Part shown: positions 1-12,649 of the stretch, piece by piece | Numbering within the stretch: the stretch's first letter is position 1 | Layout: each line of letters starts with the position of its first letter | Source of the DNA: Squalus acanthias | Taxonomy: Eukaryota | Direction of reading: 5' to 3' | Length of the DNA: 64,000 nucleotides | Assembly: GCA_030390025.1 (NCBI GenBank) | Contig: JASTWF010000033.1 | Span: 3,350,001 to 3,414,000 of the forward strand | Made by a program: the position numbers and the translations under genes | The notes under the pieces: generated by a model | What the model saw: only the letters and a program-made list of their open reading frames with translations | Databases searched by the model: none | What the model was told of the DNA's origin: nothing

Positions 1-499
1 CCTGGTAAAAGCAGGCGTAAGATTTGAAAAAAGTTAAAAACTTTTTTTCACTCATTTATCATTTAAAAATACTTCAAAAAAGGTAACTTTATTTTTAGCC
101 CCATAATAATCTTTAATTATTTTTTTCAAAAGATTACATTTTTGTTTAAAATTTTTAATTTATTGTAATTTCAACTAATTTTTAAAATGTGGTTAAAAAT
201 ATATATTTAATATTTTAAAGTGTTTTTGGGGTGATCTCCATTCATATATTTGACAGGTCTGTCTGTCAAGTGTATGAAGGGAGATTCTATTCTTTGATTG
301 GCTCCACATGACCTACGTGATCCCAGGAACGCTTGCGAACCGCATGCGCCACTGGTATACGTGGGCCCTGCAGATTTCGAGTTGGAGAGGCCCAGGAGCG
401 GAAGTGCCCGGGCCTCGGGAGCCCTCAGGTAAGTCAGTAGATTTTCTCCAGATCGGAGGCCTCCGCACGCGGGAAGCGTCCGATCGGAAAATACGGCCC
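1..499. mobile_element. Harbinger-type MITE, right part (left end outside window)
   Basis: Ends ...AAAATACGGCCC; has the AT-rich core, the TTCATA..TTGACAG/CTGTCAA..TATGAA hairpin and the CGTGATCCCAG motif shared with elements at 9960-10711 and 57147-57512. Confidence 0.6.
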
Positions 500-799
500 A
501 TAATTTATTATGTCACGGTCTTTTCTAACATTTAAAATACAAGCTTTACAAAGAAAGAAGTGGACAAGACTTTAGTTTAGCACAAATGCATCAAATGAAA
601 TGTTCACCCGGCAGCGCGAGAGAGAAGATTCAGAGAAAAGGACAGAAGCAAATCGATGAATATAAAACGATATACATATTTCCCATCCTTGATGTTTCTC
701 TATTCCATCGCCAACCCTTCAGTGCCGGATAAATAATTTCAGTTAAAATCGTTCAGTTCGAGAACCGGCACCGGCAGAAAACTCAAATGAATTGAAAAC

Positions 800-860
800 T
801 GCCGAAACCCGGGATTGAACCAGGGAACTTTAGATCTTCAGTCTAACGTTCATCCAACTG
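800..860 (-). pseudogene. tRNA-Phe(GAA) pseudogene, 5' end lost
   Basis: Reverse complement matches vertebrate tRNA-Phe from the D-arm to the 3' end (GTTAGACTGAAGATCTAAAG..CCCTGGTTCAATCCCGGGTTTCGGCA). Confidence 0.85.
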
Positions 861-1261
861 TTTGTAAAAAATGACATTTTAGGTAAGAACACAAAAGACA
901 TGTCCGCGCAACCACAGCACCAAGTGCGGGTCGGCATCCACTTGAAATGTACAGTGAGGTGAAATATTACCACAAGCTGCTGATGGACATGTTTCCATGT
1001 CTAAAACACACGAACCTGACAATGCAGCTCCTGGGAAAACTGTAAATCCACGCAGAGCTGTCCGGCATCATTTGAAACAACAGTCAGACACAAGATTCTG
1101 CCAGTTTCAAATGGCTTCTCCTTCTGCTCCGATCACTTCTTTCCCTCCAGCCTCCTCTGCTCCTCCAGCCTGCAGGTGAATTAGATGCTTGATGCAAACG
1201 CGGCGAATTCATGACACAAACCCTTCCCTTTCCCTCCAAAAACAGCAGCGCTTGCTCTGTA

Positions 1262-1330
1262 GCGGAAATAAAGCAGTTGGGGGAGCGACTGGAGATTTTA
1301 AAGGTCCCTGGTTCAGTCCCGGGTTTCACT
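1262..1330 (+). pseudogene. tRNA-Phe-derived pseudogene
   Basis: GCGGAAATAAAGCAGTTGGGGGAGCG...AAAGGTCCCTGGTTCAGTCCCGGGTTTC; anticodon arm damaged. Confidence 0.75.
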
Positions 1331-2711
1331 AATTTAAAGTTTATTTGAGTTTCTTTCCGCTGCTATTCTCGACCTGAACGATTTAAACTGGAATTACTTA
1401 TCCGGCACTGAAGGGTTGGCGATGCAATAGAGAGACATCAAGGATTCATATGTATATAGTTTTTTTTAATATCTATTCTCTTCTGTGCTTTTCTCTGGAT
1501 GTTGTCTCTCTCGGTGCCGGGTGAACATTTCATTGATGCATTTGTCCAAAACTGAAGCCTTTTGCACATCTCGCGGGGTCAGAGCCGCTCTGTCTGTCTC
1601 TTCCTGCTTGTGACCATTAACGGGAACAGGCCGCCAGTTCAAAGTTCATCAGCAAACCCAGAAACACAAATAAACAGAAAGATGAGTCTCTCCGCCTCGG
1701 TGGCAAAGGTGTCCGTCATTTTACAGAAGGCAAGGAAGTGTATTTTGGATTGCTGCACCGAATGATGCGCTGCTGACTGTTGCGGCAGTAGCAGCGGTGC
1801 AGCAAGTTGAAAGCTTGATCAGGCTGCTTTGAGTGGTGGCAGTTCAAACAGCCCCAAAACGCAATGTTTCCTTACCGAGAATCGAATCCGGATCGTAGCT
1901 TTTCCTCAGAGACAGAAAGAAAGACAGAGACACACAGACGGAGAGAAGCCGTCGGGAAATTGAACACTGATCACTATACTATCAAGGACCTGGTAGAGGA
2001 AGTAGTTATGCAGTACTTGAGGCAAAGATTCAAACACACAGACAGACATGTGTGTGTGCTCTCTTTGTGTATGTATGTCTCTGATATCAGCCCTGCAAAT
2101 TTTTCCCATTCAATGATTTCTCCAATTCCCTTTTGAAAGTTACTATTGAATCTGCTTCCACCGCCCTTTCAGGCAGCGCAATCCGGAACACACTCCCTGA
2201 GTCACTGGGCTTATCCTCTTGTTTGCTGCCTCTGTTTTTTCTCAGTGCAATATTTAGTTTTGAGCTACTGGCAGTAATTGGCCACTAATCGCTCAAAGGG
2301 GAAAGTGACTGAGAAATAAACAGTGTCTGTGGCTGCATGAAACAGACATACTTTTTCCACTGATATGTCAATTTATTTATCAGCATCAAATCAGAAATTG
2401 AGCAGCTAAAATGATATTACAGTTCAATATAGAGCAGAGTGAATAAATTAATATACCTCAGGACGGGGATGGAGCCTCGGCCCTTCCCACAGAAGATCTA
2501 AATTATATTATTGATTATTGATGTTGGCCGATTTATTTCTACACCTTGGAATTCTGGACAACCTACTTCATTAGTTGTAGAACAAGCTGAGCCGACAGCT
2601 CCCTCCCTGTAAAAACAGATAAGGGTAAGCCAGCAATAGGTCTGGCTGATTTACCCGGTACACTCTGAGACTCTTAACTTACAGGGAGGTTCGGTCGAGC
2701 CCCACGTTGGG

Positions 2712-3270
2712 GTGATTGCCTGTTATCCTGGCAGCAGTCATGATGCCTTCATCCTGCACCAGTCTAGTTTACCAGCAATCTTCCAGCCACCATGTCAAAC
2801 CAAAGGATGGCTGCTCGGAGACAAGGGCTTTCCGCTATGCACCTGGCTGATGACACCTCACCAATACCCCAACCACTCGGGACCAGCACTCATATAATGA
2901 GAGCCATGCTGCCACGAGGTACCTCATCGCGCAGACTATCGGGCTGTTAAAGCAACGGTCCCTCAGACTTGACCGCTGATGAGGAGCTCTCCAGTAAACA
3001 CTGGAGTCCCATGTGGTGGTGATCTGCTGCATGCACCACAACTTGGCCATCTTGAGGGCGAAGTGATTGCCACCACGGGTTCTGGGACCACCTCAGGAGG
3101 AGGAGGAAGAGGAGGAAGAGCAGGAGGAGGAAGAGCAGGAGGCGGAATAGGTAGAAATGGAAGAGCAGGAGAACGAAGAAGAGGAGGATGGAGAAGGGAG
3201 GAGGCAGGCAGTAGATCCTTGTTCTGGACAGTCTGTCCGTGAGCGCCTCATCAGATTCCAGGTCCAGTGA
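2712..3270 (+). pseudogene. PIF/Harbinger DDE transposase C-terminal remnant (HARBI1-like)
   Basis: YPGSSHDAFIL...GWLLGDKGFPL..WLMTP, then YNESHAATR...IGLLKQR and CCMHHNLAI in shifted frames, then an acidic tail. Confidence 0.85.
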
Positions 3271-3499
3271 ATGAAACTCCACATGCCTGTTGCTCACCAG
3301 TTCCCCATCTTACCATCCCTCTGTCACAGAACATCACAGCGTCCTCCTGGTCACAAAGCTGAAATGAGAGCCACCACAAAACAAACATTCCAAACATAAT
3401 TTATAAAGTTATCAAATCACAATCAGAATAACAAAGTCAACTCTAATCACCCTTGTGCTTTCCCTCAGTGTCTGTCTTTCTTTCGTGTTGCTTCTCCTA

Positions 3500-4830
3500 C
3501 CATCGTGCTCCTACGAAGTGCTCCCCCAGTGGCTACGGAATGGCTGATGGTAGGCTGCTGACTTTCAATGGGGAGACTGCAGATGGACTTGCAGGAAGAC
3601 CTTGAGCTGCTCTGGGCCTGGAATGCCCGGCTGTAGACTGCACCACCTCGGCATGGACGGCAGCAGCCTGAGTTGGCTGGATGACAGCCAGCAGCAAGGG
3701 CACTGCCAGAGTTGCAGTGGTGGGAGTATGAATGCTGTCATCCTGAGAGAGGACTGCAGGTTCTTGCTCTGTGGAGGCACTGCCACTTCCCAGGGTGGCG
3801 CCTCAGCAATTCTAGCCATCTATTTGGTGAAAGATTGCCGGAGTGTTGTGAGACCCCGCACCTCATACTCGTAAATCCAGCCACGATGGCAGCAATGTGA
3901 GCTTCCACTGCAGTACTGAGACGTTGGGTCGCTTCCGCCTGTGCTGCAATGGAAGCTGTGACATCACACATCACACACAGCATCATGGCTGGGTCTACTA
4001 GGTCTCTCATGGAGTTGCCCATCATTTCCATCCTGGAAATCACGGGCTCCAAGCTCCGTGCAAATTCCTGTGCAATGTTGGAGCTGGACATCTCCATGCT
4101 CCTTGGCACTGACAAGAGGCCCTCTGGCAGGCTTCCCATTGCACCTAGCATTTCAGTGTGCATACCCATCACCCTTCTTCTGATGGCCGTCCCATTGAGG
4201 TCATGATCTGATTACTGTGCATCAGAACTCGTGCATGAACTCACCCACTGGGGAGCTGACACCCATCTATCTTTTTCCCCTGACCTGGCTGCAGCCCACT
4301 GGTGTCCAGTAACTCACCACCTGCAGAGCCTGCCTCTATACTACATTCTAAAATCCTCGCAGTGCCATTTTCTGAGCAGGTGCCTGTGAATATCAGATGC
4401 ATTGACGGTGGTCCTGCACTGCTCTCCTCCAAAGATTCGGGGACAGGTTGGCGTAGTTGGAATTCGTGCATATCTGAAAGGAGAAAGGCACAAGGGTCGA
4501 GATGTGGTGAGGGATGGGGGATAGCAAGATATCCATGCCTACACCATCAGTGTGTTGCATTGAGCAATGTGTGAGGCTTGTGGTACAGATGGTGCGATAT
4601 GGCATTTGATGATGCATTCAACCACCTTGACCACTCGTCTGAGGTCATTAAACTTTTTGCGGGACTACATCCAGGTCTTGGGGCTAACACTTGTCGCACT
4701 GACGGCTTCAGCGATCGCCTCCCACAGCCTTCTGTTGTCCTTCCTTGAAAGTCTCTTGCCACTCTTACATAGACGGCCTGACAGCGTCTTTGAAACTCGA
4801 GGACCAAGGCCTCCATTGCTGCATCTGAAA
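3500..4830 (-). pseudogene. Harbinger Myb/SANT-like DNA-binding partner protein, degraded
   Basis: FSDAAMEALV...WEAIAEAVSA...KKFNDL across a frameshift (4640-4830); coiled-coil-like ORF 3738-4172; convergent with the transposase, as in autonomous Harbingers. Confidence 0.7.
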
Positions 4831-6056
4831 ATCACCTCGTCCTTTCTCTTAGCTGTTGGAACATGGTTTTCTCCACAATGACAATGAGGTGATTAATGAC
4901 GGCGAACAAACAACATTCGCTGTTATTACCCCTCTGAAGCTGACCGCAACTTCAGGATGCAGCGCCTGGGCATCTGAACACGGAAATCCTGAAGTTGCGG
5001 TCAGTCATTCACTGCTCCGACACTGGCTGCGCTGTGCCCCCGCCCCCACCCACATAGCCGGCAATCAGTGGAATCAGGGAAATCAGTGAAACCGACCAAA
5101 CTCGGGCTTTTCCCGGCAATATCGCTGTTAAATACCCCGTTAAATGGATTCGGTGTAACTGGGGTTTTAACAGCGAATTGACTGCTAAACAAACGTTATG
5201 GCCCTGAATAAATATTTTTAATTTTGTGGAGTGTCAAATTTCTCCATTGTGATAAAATGAAGTATATTATAAACTTTAAACAAAATTATATTATTTGAAA
5301 CTTTGTTCATGTTTATTTCAGGTTTATCTTTTCCCCATGTGAGAGCCCCAATCTTTGATTTTCACTTTATAACATTTTTAAAAAGTCTGAAAAAAACGTA
5401 ACTTCTTCGCTTCCTGCTTCCTCTTAGAATTCTGCATTGTGCTGCACAGACTATAAATTAATAAATCAATCAGCGTCATTAACAAATATAATTAGTTGAT
5501 GCTAAAGCCAAAAGTCAGTAGATAGAATAAACAGGTAAGGATGAAATTGGTCCTGGGCGGAACAGTAAAGCGGGCGATAGTGAATCGGCAGCCTTTTTGT
5601 CGAGCCCTGGACTTACTTTTCAATTCAACACGGTGCTCCATACGGGGTCTGACCAAGGCTCTGTATAACTGAAGCCTTATTTCCTCCTATTCATATTTGA
5701 GCTCCCTTCAAATTTTATGTTTAATCCCCTCAGGACACCTTGGGAGTGGGAAAAAATGATGCCTAGCCAGAGCCGCCCACAAACCAAGGAGCAACAATTG
5801 AAAAAACTGAATTAATAATTGAAAAAGTGAACATTACGTGGTGCAGATGAAATATAAGAAGCGAAGATTTTTTTAGTGAATTATTACAAAATACAACACA
5901 TTATAGGGACAATAGTAGAGGCAGTTCAAACACCAACGACAAATAATATACATGGATGAGCGATTTGATTTCAATCTTACACCACGTATGTCTCGTAATC
6001 TTCTTTTCGAGTTTCAGTTTTACTAGAACACTTGGACAACTATCATCGTGGCTTCT

Positions 6057-6310
6057 TTAACATGAGAACCTCCGTAAAGCAAATGCATAGGGTTTATGCA
6101 ACCTGTCATCATAACTTAACCCTATAAGCCCTTGTATCATTCTGGTGAATCTGGGCTGTTCCTCCTCCAGGGCCATATATACATTTCCTGAGGGTCGATG
6201 CCCAAAATTAAATGCAGTTCCACAAATGGGGTCTGGCCAAGGCTTTGTAAAACTCAAGCATCTCTTCCTTTCATTTGTATTCCAGCCGCCATTAGCTTTG
6301 AATATTAAAG
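6057..6310 (-). mobile_element. CR1 LINE ORF2 C-terminal fragment
   Basis: ALEEEQPRFTRMIQGLIGLSYDDRL motif. Confidence 0.75.
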
Positions 6311-6803
6311 CCCTCGAGGCACCAAGGGAGTGGCAATAAATTGAAACTTGTCAGCATCGCCCCCAACCCAGGAACCAAAATTTAAATAAAAGGTATGTAT
6401 AATTGAAAAAGTTAAAACCAGAAGTGGTGCAGATGCAACAGAAAATGCAAAGGTATTTTTATTTCAAAATTACAGAAGAGAAAATAATCTGTGGCCACTA
6501 GTCGAGGCCTTTCATACACCAAGAACAAATAGCGAATCATCGATAGCCATTTTGATTCGAATATTACACTGGTGAATCTCGAGATTTTCGGTGGTGCCTT
6601 TTCTGTTGACAGCATTAAGAGAAACCATGGCAAACCATCAAAGTGTACTTTCAATATGAGAACTTCTGTCCAGCAAATGCACAAAGCATGGATGATTGAG
6701 TGAAAGGGCCACCTAATCTGATGAATTGCTGCTGCCAAGAGTTTGGGCCTTTGATTAATTAATTTAAAAAACCTTCTAGAAATCAGAGATAAGATGTGGT
6801 TTA

Positions 6804-8444
6804 AAGAACATAAGAACATAATAAATAGGAGCAGGAGTAGGCCATTTGGCCCCTCGAGCCTGCTCCGCCATTTAATGAGATCATGGCTGATCTGATCTTG
6901 AGCTCAGTTCCATTTCCCTGCCCGCTCCCCATAACCCATCACTCCCTTATTGTTCAAAAATCTGTCTATCTCCACCTTCAATATATTCAATGACCCAGCC
7001 TCCACAGCTCTCTGGGGCAGAGAATTCCACTGATTTACGACCCTCAGAGAAGAAATTCCTCCTCATCTCAGTTTTAAATGGGCGACCCCTTATTCTGAAA
7101 CTATGGCCCCTAGTTCTAGATTCCCACGTGAGGGGAAACATCTTCTCTGCATCTACCTTGTCGAGCCCCCTCAGTATCTTATATGTTTCAATATGATCAC
7201 CTCTCATTCTTCAAAACTCCAATGAGTATAGGCACAACTTGCTCAACCTTTCTTCATAAGTCAACCCCTTCATCTCAGGAATCAAACTCGTGAACCTTCT
7301 CTGAACTGCCTCCAATGCAGGAATACCCCTCCTTAAATATGGAGATCAAAATTGTACACAGTATTCCAGGTGTGTTCTCACCAATATCCTTTACATTTGT
7401 AGCAGAGCTTCCCTGCTTTTATACTCCAACCCCCTTTCAATAAAGGCCAACATTCCATTTGCGTTCCTGATTACTTGCTGTACCTGCATGCTAACTTTTT
7501 GTGTTTCATGCACAAGGTCCTCCACGTCCCTCTGTACTGCAGCATTTTGTAATCTCTCTCCATTTGAATAATAATTGTTTTTAAATGTTTCTTATCAAAG
7601 TGGATAACCTCAAACTTACCCACCTTATACTCCATCTGCCAAATGTTTGCCCACTCACTTAGCCTGTCTATATCCCTTTGCAGATTCTTTGTGTCCTCTT
7701 CACCACTTGCTTTCCCACCTGTCTTTGTATCATCAGCAAATTAGTCTACATTACACACGGTCCCTTTATCCATTCATTAATATAGATTGTAAACAGTTGA
7801 TGCATCAGCACTGATCCCTGCGGCACCCCACTAGTTACTGTTTGCCACCCGGAAAATGAACCATTTATGCCGACTCTCTGTTTTCTGTTAGTTAGCCAAT
7901 CCTCTATCCATGCTAATATATTAGCCCCAACCCCGTGAGGTCTTATCTTGTGCAGTAACCTTTTACGTGGCACCTTATCGAATGCCTTCTAGAAATCCAA
8001 ATGCACCACATCCACTGGTTCCCCTTTATTCACCCTGCTCGTTACATCCTCAAAGAACTCCTGCAAATTTGTCAAACATTCATAAAACCATGCTGACTCT
8101 GCTTGACTGTATTATTGTTTTCTAAATGTCCTGCTACTGCTTCCTTAATAATGGACTCCAGCATTTTCCCAATGACAGATGTTAGACTGACTGATCTATA
8201 TTTTCCTGCTATCTGTATCCCTCCCTTCTTAAATAGGGGCGTTACATTTGCGGTTTTCCAATCCACTGCGACCTCTCAAGAATCCAAGGAATTTTGGAAG
8301 ATTGCAACCAGTGCATCCACTATCTCTGCTGCCACTACTTTTAAGACCCGAGGATGCAGACCATCAGTTCCCTGGGACTTGTCCACCTTTAAACCCATTA
8401 TTTTACCGAGTGATTGTTCTTTAGTGATAGTGATTGTTTTAAGT
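6804..8444 (-). mobile_element. 5'-truncated CR1 LINE (RT, C-terminus, 3' UTR)
   Basis: DWKTANVTPLFKKG, SGVPQGSVL and RGHSFRIRGRPF peptides; (TATGTTCT)n-type tail near 6804. Confidence 0.92.
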
Positions 8445-8737
8445 TCGGACCGGATTCAGGCAATTTTCTGATCGCAAAGCGCTTTCAGTCCTTGTCAATT
8501 GCCCTGCGTTTCCCGATTCTGTCTGTCTCTCTGGCTTTGTTTATTCTGTGTGTGGCCACCTGCAGGTTGATTTTGAACGAACACCTGTGCATTTGTCTTG
8601 CCACATCAAATACATGAGGAATTGTGGCGCTTCTCTCCCTGACACTGGGGAAGCACTGAGACAGATTTTGGAGCATGAGTCTGGTTATTGTGAAACAGCA
8701 AAGAAAATATTAACTCCGGGATTATTCGGAAGAATAG

Positions 8738-8810
8738 TGACCCCGACGTGATTTGAACACGCAGTTTTCTAGATCTGGAGTCAGACGCGCTACCGTTGCG
8801 CCACGAGGTC
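8738..8810 (-). tRNA. tRNA-Trp(CCA), 1-nt insertion in anticodon stem, probably pseudogene
   Basis: GACCTCGTGGCGCAACGGTAGCGCGTCTGACTCCAGATCTAGAAAACTGCGTGTTCAAATCACGTCGGGGTCA. Confidence 0.88.
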
Positions 8811-9257
8811 CGTAATGTAAACGGGATTGTTTGTATATATGCGCGTTCCACAAACACTGTTTCATTTCTCCTGCCTTCTTCTGATTTCTCAGTTTCATGC
8901 AAAGAAGCGCCTCATGCCTTCATTTGTTTAAAGTAACAAGCAGACACAATCACAGCCATTCGTTCAAAATCAACCTGCAGGTGGCCAAACACAGAATAAA
9001 CAGAGCCAGAGGGACAGACAGAATCGGGAAAGATCGGGAAATGGACAAGAGATATTGACAAGGACTGAAAGCGCTTTGCGATCAGAAAATTGCCTGAATC
9101 CCTGTGGTTAATGAAAGGGCTTTTGTTGCTCGATTTCCTTACACACCTTGGGTTTCTGGAGAGCCTGGTTCGTGGTTTGCAGAACAAGTTAAACCCCTGG
9201 GGCTGAGCCACCAGGCGCCTGGCTGTAATCAGCGATAAAAATGTACGTGCTTGTGAG

Positions 9258-9330
9258 GCCCGGCTCGCTCAGTCGGTAGCGCATGAGGCTCTTAATCTCA
9301 GGGTCGTGGGTTCGAGCCCCACGTTGGGCG
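9258..9330 (+). tRNA. tRNA-Lys(CTT), best-preserved tRNA in the window
   Basis: 73 nt; three substitutions relative to the canonical vertebrate Lys-CTT sequence; B box intact; T-run shortly downstream. Confidence 0.9.
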
Positions 9331-9959
9331 AGTGCGTTTTGTTCAAATTTTATGTTGCATTCACGGAAAAGCATCATTAATTACCGATAAACTTATTTTG
9401 CACCATGAAAGAAATGATAATTGAGCGAGAGTCGATACTTCAATCATTTTAGTTGTGCTTTGCATGTTAACTATTAACCATATCTCATTTTACACAATGT
9501 ACTTTAGGTGTCTGGTTTAAAATGTTCATTGCTGATGACACCAGGAATCTGGGGCAACTTTTGTCACATTGAACAGGCCCGGTTATTTCTACCTTGCACA
9601 GAAAATAGAATCAGCAGTGAACATCAAATCCCATGGTGCTGACTTTCAGATTCAACGCAGTCAGATTTGGAATAAAGTGATATAATTTTAACTTTGAAAA
9701 TTTGGAAGTGATACATGTATTTGTGGCTTTAATTAAAGTTTGTGTCGACTGACTCCCGTTCATGTCTCTGAATAAGAAAGGAGGGGCTTGACGTTGACCA
9801 GACTGCACTGCGCCTGATGTTTGTGAGCTCATCCTTTATATTGAGCGTTTTCTCGGCCTTTCATCGGCGTCAGCTTTAGCCAAACGGTTACTTCGCAGCA
9901 CCAATTTGTTTGTAACTTCAAACCCTGGCTCACCGCAGGTGCTGCCTGGCATTTTTATT

Positions 9960-10711
9960 GGCCCGAAAATTAGACCTAATACGCGAGAGTACGCACTGTG
10001 TACTCTCGCGTATTAGGTCCCGAATTGCCGGTTTCCTGCATGCGCGGGAAACCGGCACTTCGTGTATTGCAAAGGGGGCGATTCCTAAGTGAACCGCGTG
10101 CGTACTACAGGTTGTGCGCACGCAGTGCACTTAGTTTTTTTTTCAGGTTTGAACGCGCAGGTAAGTGGTGAAGATTTTACACATAAAGAAAGCAGCGTAG
10201 GACCCCCTTTTAACAAGGTAAGTAGTTAATTAAGTGTTATTTTAAAATTTTTCAACAGGTTTATCTTTTTTAGAGACTTTAAAGAAAGGTAAGTTTATTT
10301 TTATAACTTTTAAAAAGATTTTAAATATTTTCAAAAATTGAATTTTTTGTTTAAAGTGGTTAATTTATTGAACTATAGTTATTTTATTAATGTGATGGCT
10401 TTTTAATAAATAATAATTGAGGTTTAGCTGTTCTTTTGGGGGCTTGTAGTATTCATAGCTTTGACAGCCCTTGATGTCAAAACTATGAATGAAAGATGGT
10501 GTGCTGCCTTTGGCTCTAACTGAATCACGTGATCCCAGAGCTCGCACGAACTAATTGCGCCTCTGGGACACGCAAGCACTGCACGCTGGCAACAGGGAGA
10601 GGCCCTGAAACTGAAGTTCGTGTGGGCCCGAAACAAAAAGGTAGGCGCGGAGTGCGATATCGAGGGGAATCCTTACCCCCGCGGGAACCATCGATTTTTA
10701 ATTTCTGGGCC
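9960..10711. mobile_element. Harbinger-type MITE (~750 bp) with TIRs and 3-bp TSD
   Basis: GGCCCGAAAATTA...TAATTTCTGGGCC termini; ATT on both sides; empty site in the paralogous block at ~13261-13283. Confidence 0.85.
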
Positions 10712-10814
10712 ATTATCATTTTCACAGAAACACATTGTCGCAGTGATTTTAATTTAGCAGTGTGAAATTTTTCGAGGGCACCTTTAAATGATTGAATAAC
10801 CTATTCCAAGCCTC

Positions 10815-10848
10815 CCGAGGGACCCGAGTTCGATTCCTAGTTAGGGAA
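10815..10848 (+). pseudogene. tRNA-Glu 3'-half fragment (similar pieces at ~13390-13423, ~14490, ~38606, ~1868)
   Basis: CCCGAGTTCGATTCCTAGTTAGGGAA resembles the Glu T-arm and acceptor end. Confidence 0.5.
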
Positions 10849-11985
10849 GTAATTTTGACATCACCGTTTCTAATTCATGAATCCGAAGTCATTTTATTAC
10901 ATTTATAACATGCATCTAATGTGATAAGATAAGAACTGCTTTAATCAGCATTAATTAACCGATAACTTTCTTTTGCAGAATGAAAGAAATGATAATCTTG
11001 TTACTGAGGGACAGTCAAAACTTCAGTATTTTATTTTGCTCTTTGCATGTGCTGAACTGTTAACCCATATCTCATTTTAGACATTGTATTTTAGGAGAAT
11101 GGTTTAACATGTTCATTGCTTGTGAGAGCAGGGATCTGGGGCAACTTTTGTTAAATTTAACGGGACCGGCTATTTCACAGAAAAAAAATATTCTCTGACA
11201 TGATGTTTTCAGACCATACACTGACCGATCTTTGATAGGTCCCAAGTGGATGATCTGACACTTGCCCGCATTGAACTCAATTAATCATTGTTCAGGGGGG
11301 ATTTCTTAGAGGTGATCAAAATTATGGGGGCAACAGTTTCCACTGGCAGGAGTATCAGCAGGGCTATGGAGAAGAGCACCGGACTGGGACTAATTGGATA
11401 ACTCTTTCAAATATGCGACATCAATTTCTCATTTTAATCTGCGATTGATAGATTTTATTTAACTAACGTTATTAACGGATCATTGAAGTCTGTGAGAGAC
11501 TTCATAATTGTTTCTATTTTCATTAATCAACCCACAACATTTTGTTGCACACTGCAGGAATTGCTAACATGTTTACCGGATGACAGTCAAACTTTAATAA
11601 CCTTTTACAGAATCATAGAAAATTGCCTGAACCCCTGTGGTTAATGAAAGAGATTTTGATGTCTGAGTTCCTTATACAACTTGTAATTCTGGAGAACATG
11701 GTTCGTAGTTTGCTGAAACGCAGCTTCGATCTGCTGTTGTGAACCGAGGCAAAGCTGCAGGATCCTTGAATAATCTTTCACTATTCAACTGAAAGCAGCC
11801 GGAATGTGCAGCTTTGAGAGGGGCTGTCGGCACCGTCATGGCTTGAAACGGGTGTGAGCGAGCGACACTCCAGTGTTTTGAGTGTGCACAGAGCTGTACA
11901 GAGAAACACAAATGGAACAGGACTTTGAATGACAAATGCGAATTTTTCCATTTTTCCACTATTAAATTGAACATGATTTAAGAAA

Positions 11986-12043
11986 TGTTTCCGCCCGGTT
12001 TCGTACCGCAGACTTTTCGCGTACGTGATAACCACTACGGACA
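11986..12043 (-). pseudogene. tRNA-Val pseudogene with deletions
   Basis: TGTTTCCGCCCGGTTTCG...GTGATAACCACTACGG is the reverse complement of tRNA-Val. Confidence 0.8.
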
Positions 12044-12575
12044 TTTTGTGCTGAATTTTGGGCTTCTGCGGTAAATCTATGATTCTGAAAAAAAATTATT
12101 GAAGTTTGACTGTATACCGGCAATTCATGTCAGCATTTCCGGAATTAATATGTTCTTTGCTGTTTCACAATAACCAGACCCTTGCTCCAAAGACTGTTTC
12201 ACTGATTCCCCAGTATCAGGGAGAGAAGCGCCACAATTCCTCATTTATTTAATGTGACAAGACACAAGCACAGGTATTCGTTAAAAATCAACCTGCAGGT
12301 GGCCACACACAGAGTAAACAGAGCCAGAGAGACAGACAGAATCGGGAAACAGAGGGAAATAGTCGAGAGATATTGAGAATGACTAAAAGCGCTTTGCGAT
12401 CAGAACATTGCATAAATCCCTGTGGTTAATGAAAGGGCTGTTGATGCTTGATTTCCTTACACACCTTGGAATTGAAGAGAACCTGGTTCGTGATTTGCAG
12501 AACAAGTTAAACCCCTGGGGCGGAGCCACCAGGTGCCTGACTGCAATAAGTGACCAGGGCGTGTAAAGTTGTCAG

Positions 12576-12649
12576 GACCGGCCAGCTCAGTCGGTAAAGC
12601 ATGCGACTCTTAATCTCAGTCGTCGTGGGTTCGAGCCCCACGTTGGGCG
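12576..12649 (+). pseudogene. tRNA-Lys(CTT) pseudogene
   Basis: Paralog of 9258-9330 with the same flanks and several substitutions. Confidence 0.85.

Larger units (their letters stand above)
2712..5440. mobile_element. Truncated autonomous-type Harbinger DNA transposon
   Basis: Transposase plus Myb-like gene pair; boundaries approximate. Confidence 0.65.

Noticed and set aside
2590..2711. tRNA-Lys pieces (TGAGACTCTTAA, TCGAGCCCCACGTTGGG) with a short inverted repeat
   Set aside because: Too fragmentary to call a gene or element.
3093..3210. Acidic/GA-rich repeat as a separate gene
   Set aside because: It is the low-complexity tail of the Harbinger transposase.
5630..6680. Diverged direct duplication (~5630-6060 vs ~6220-6680)
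   Set aside because: Old local duplication of LINE debris with no sign of function.
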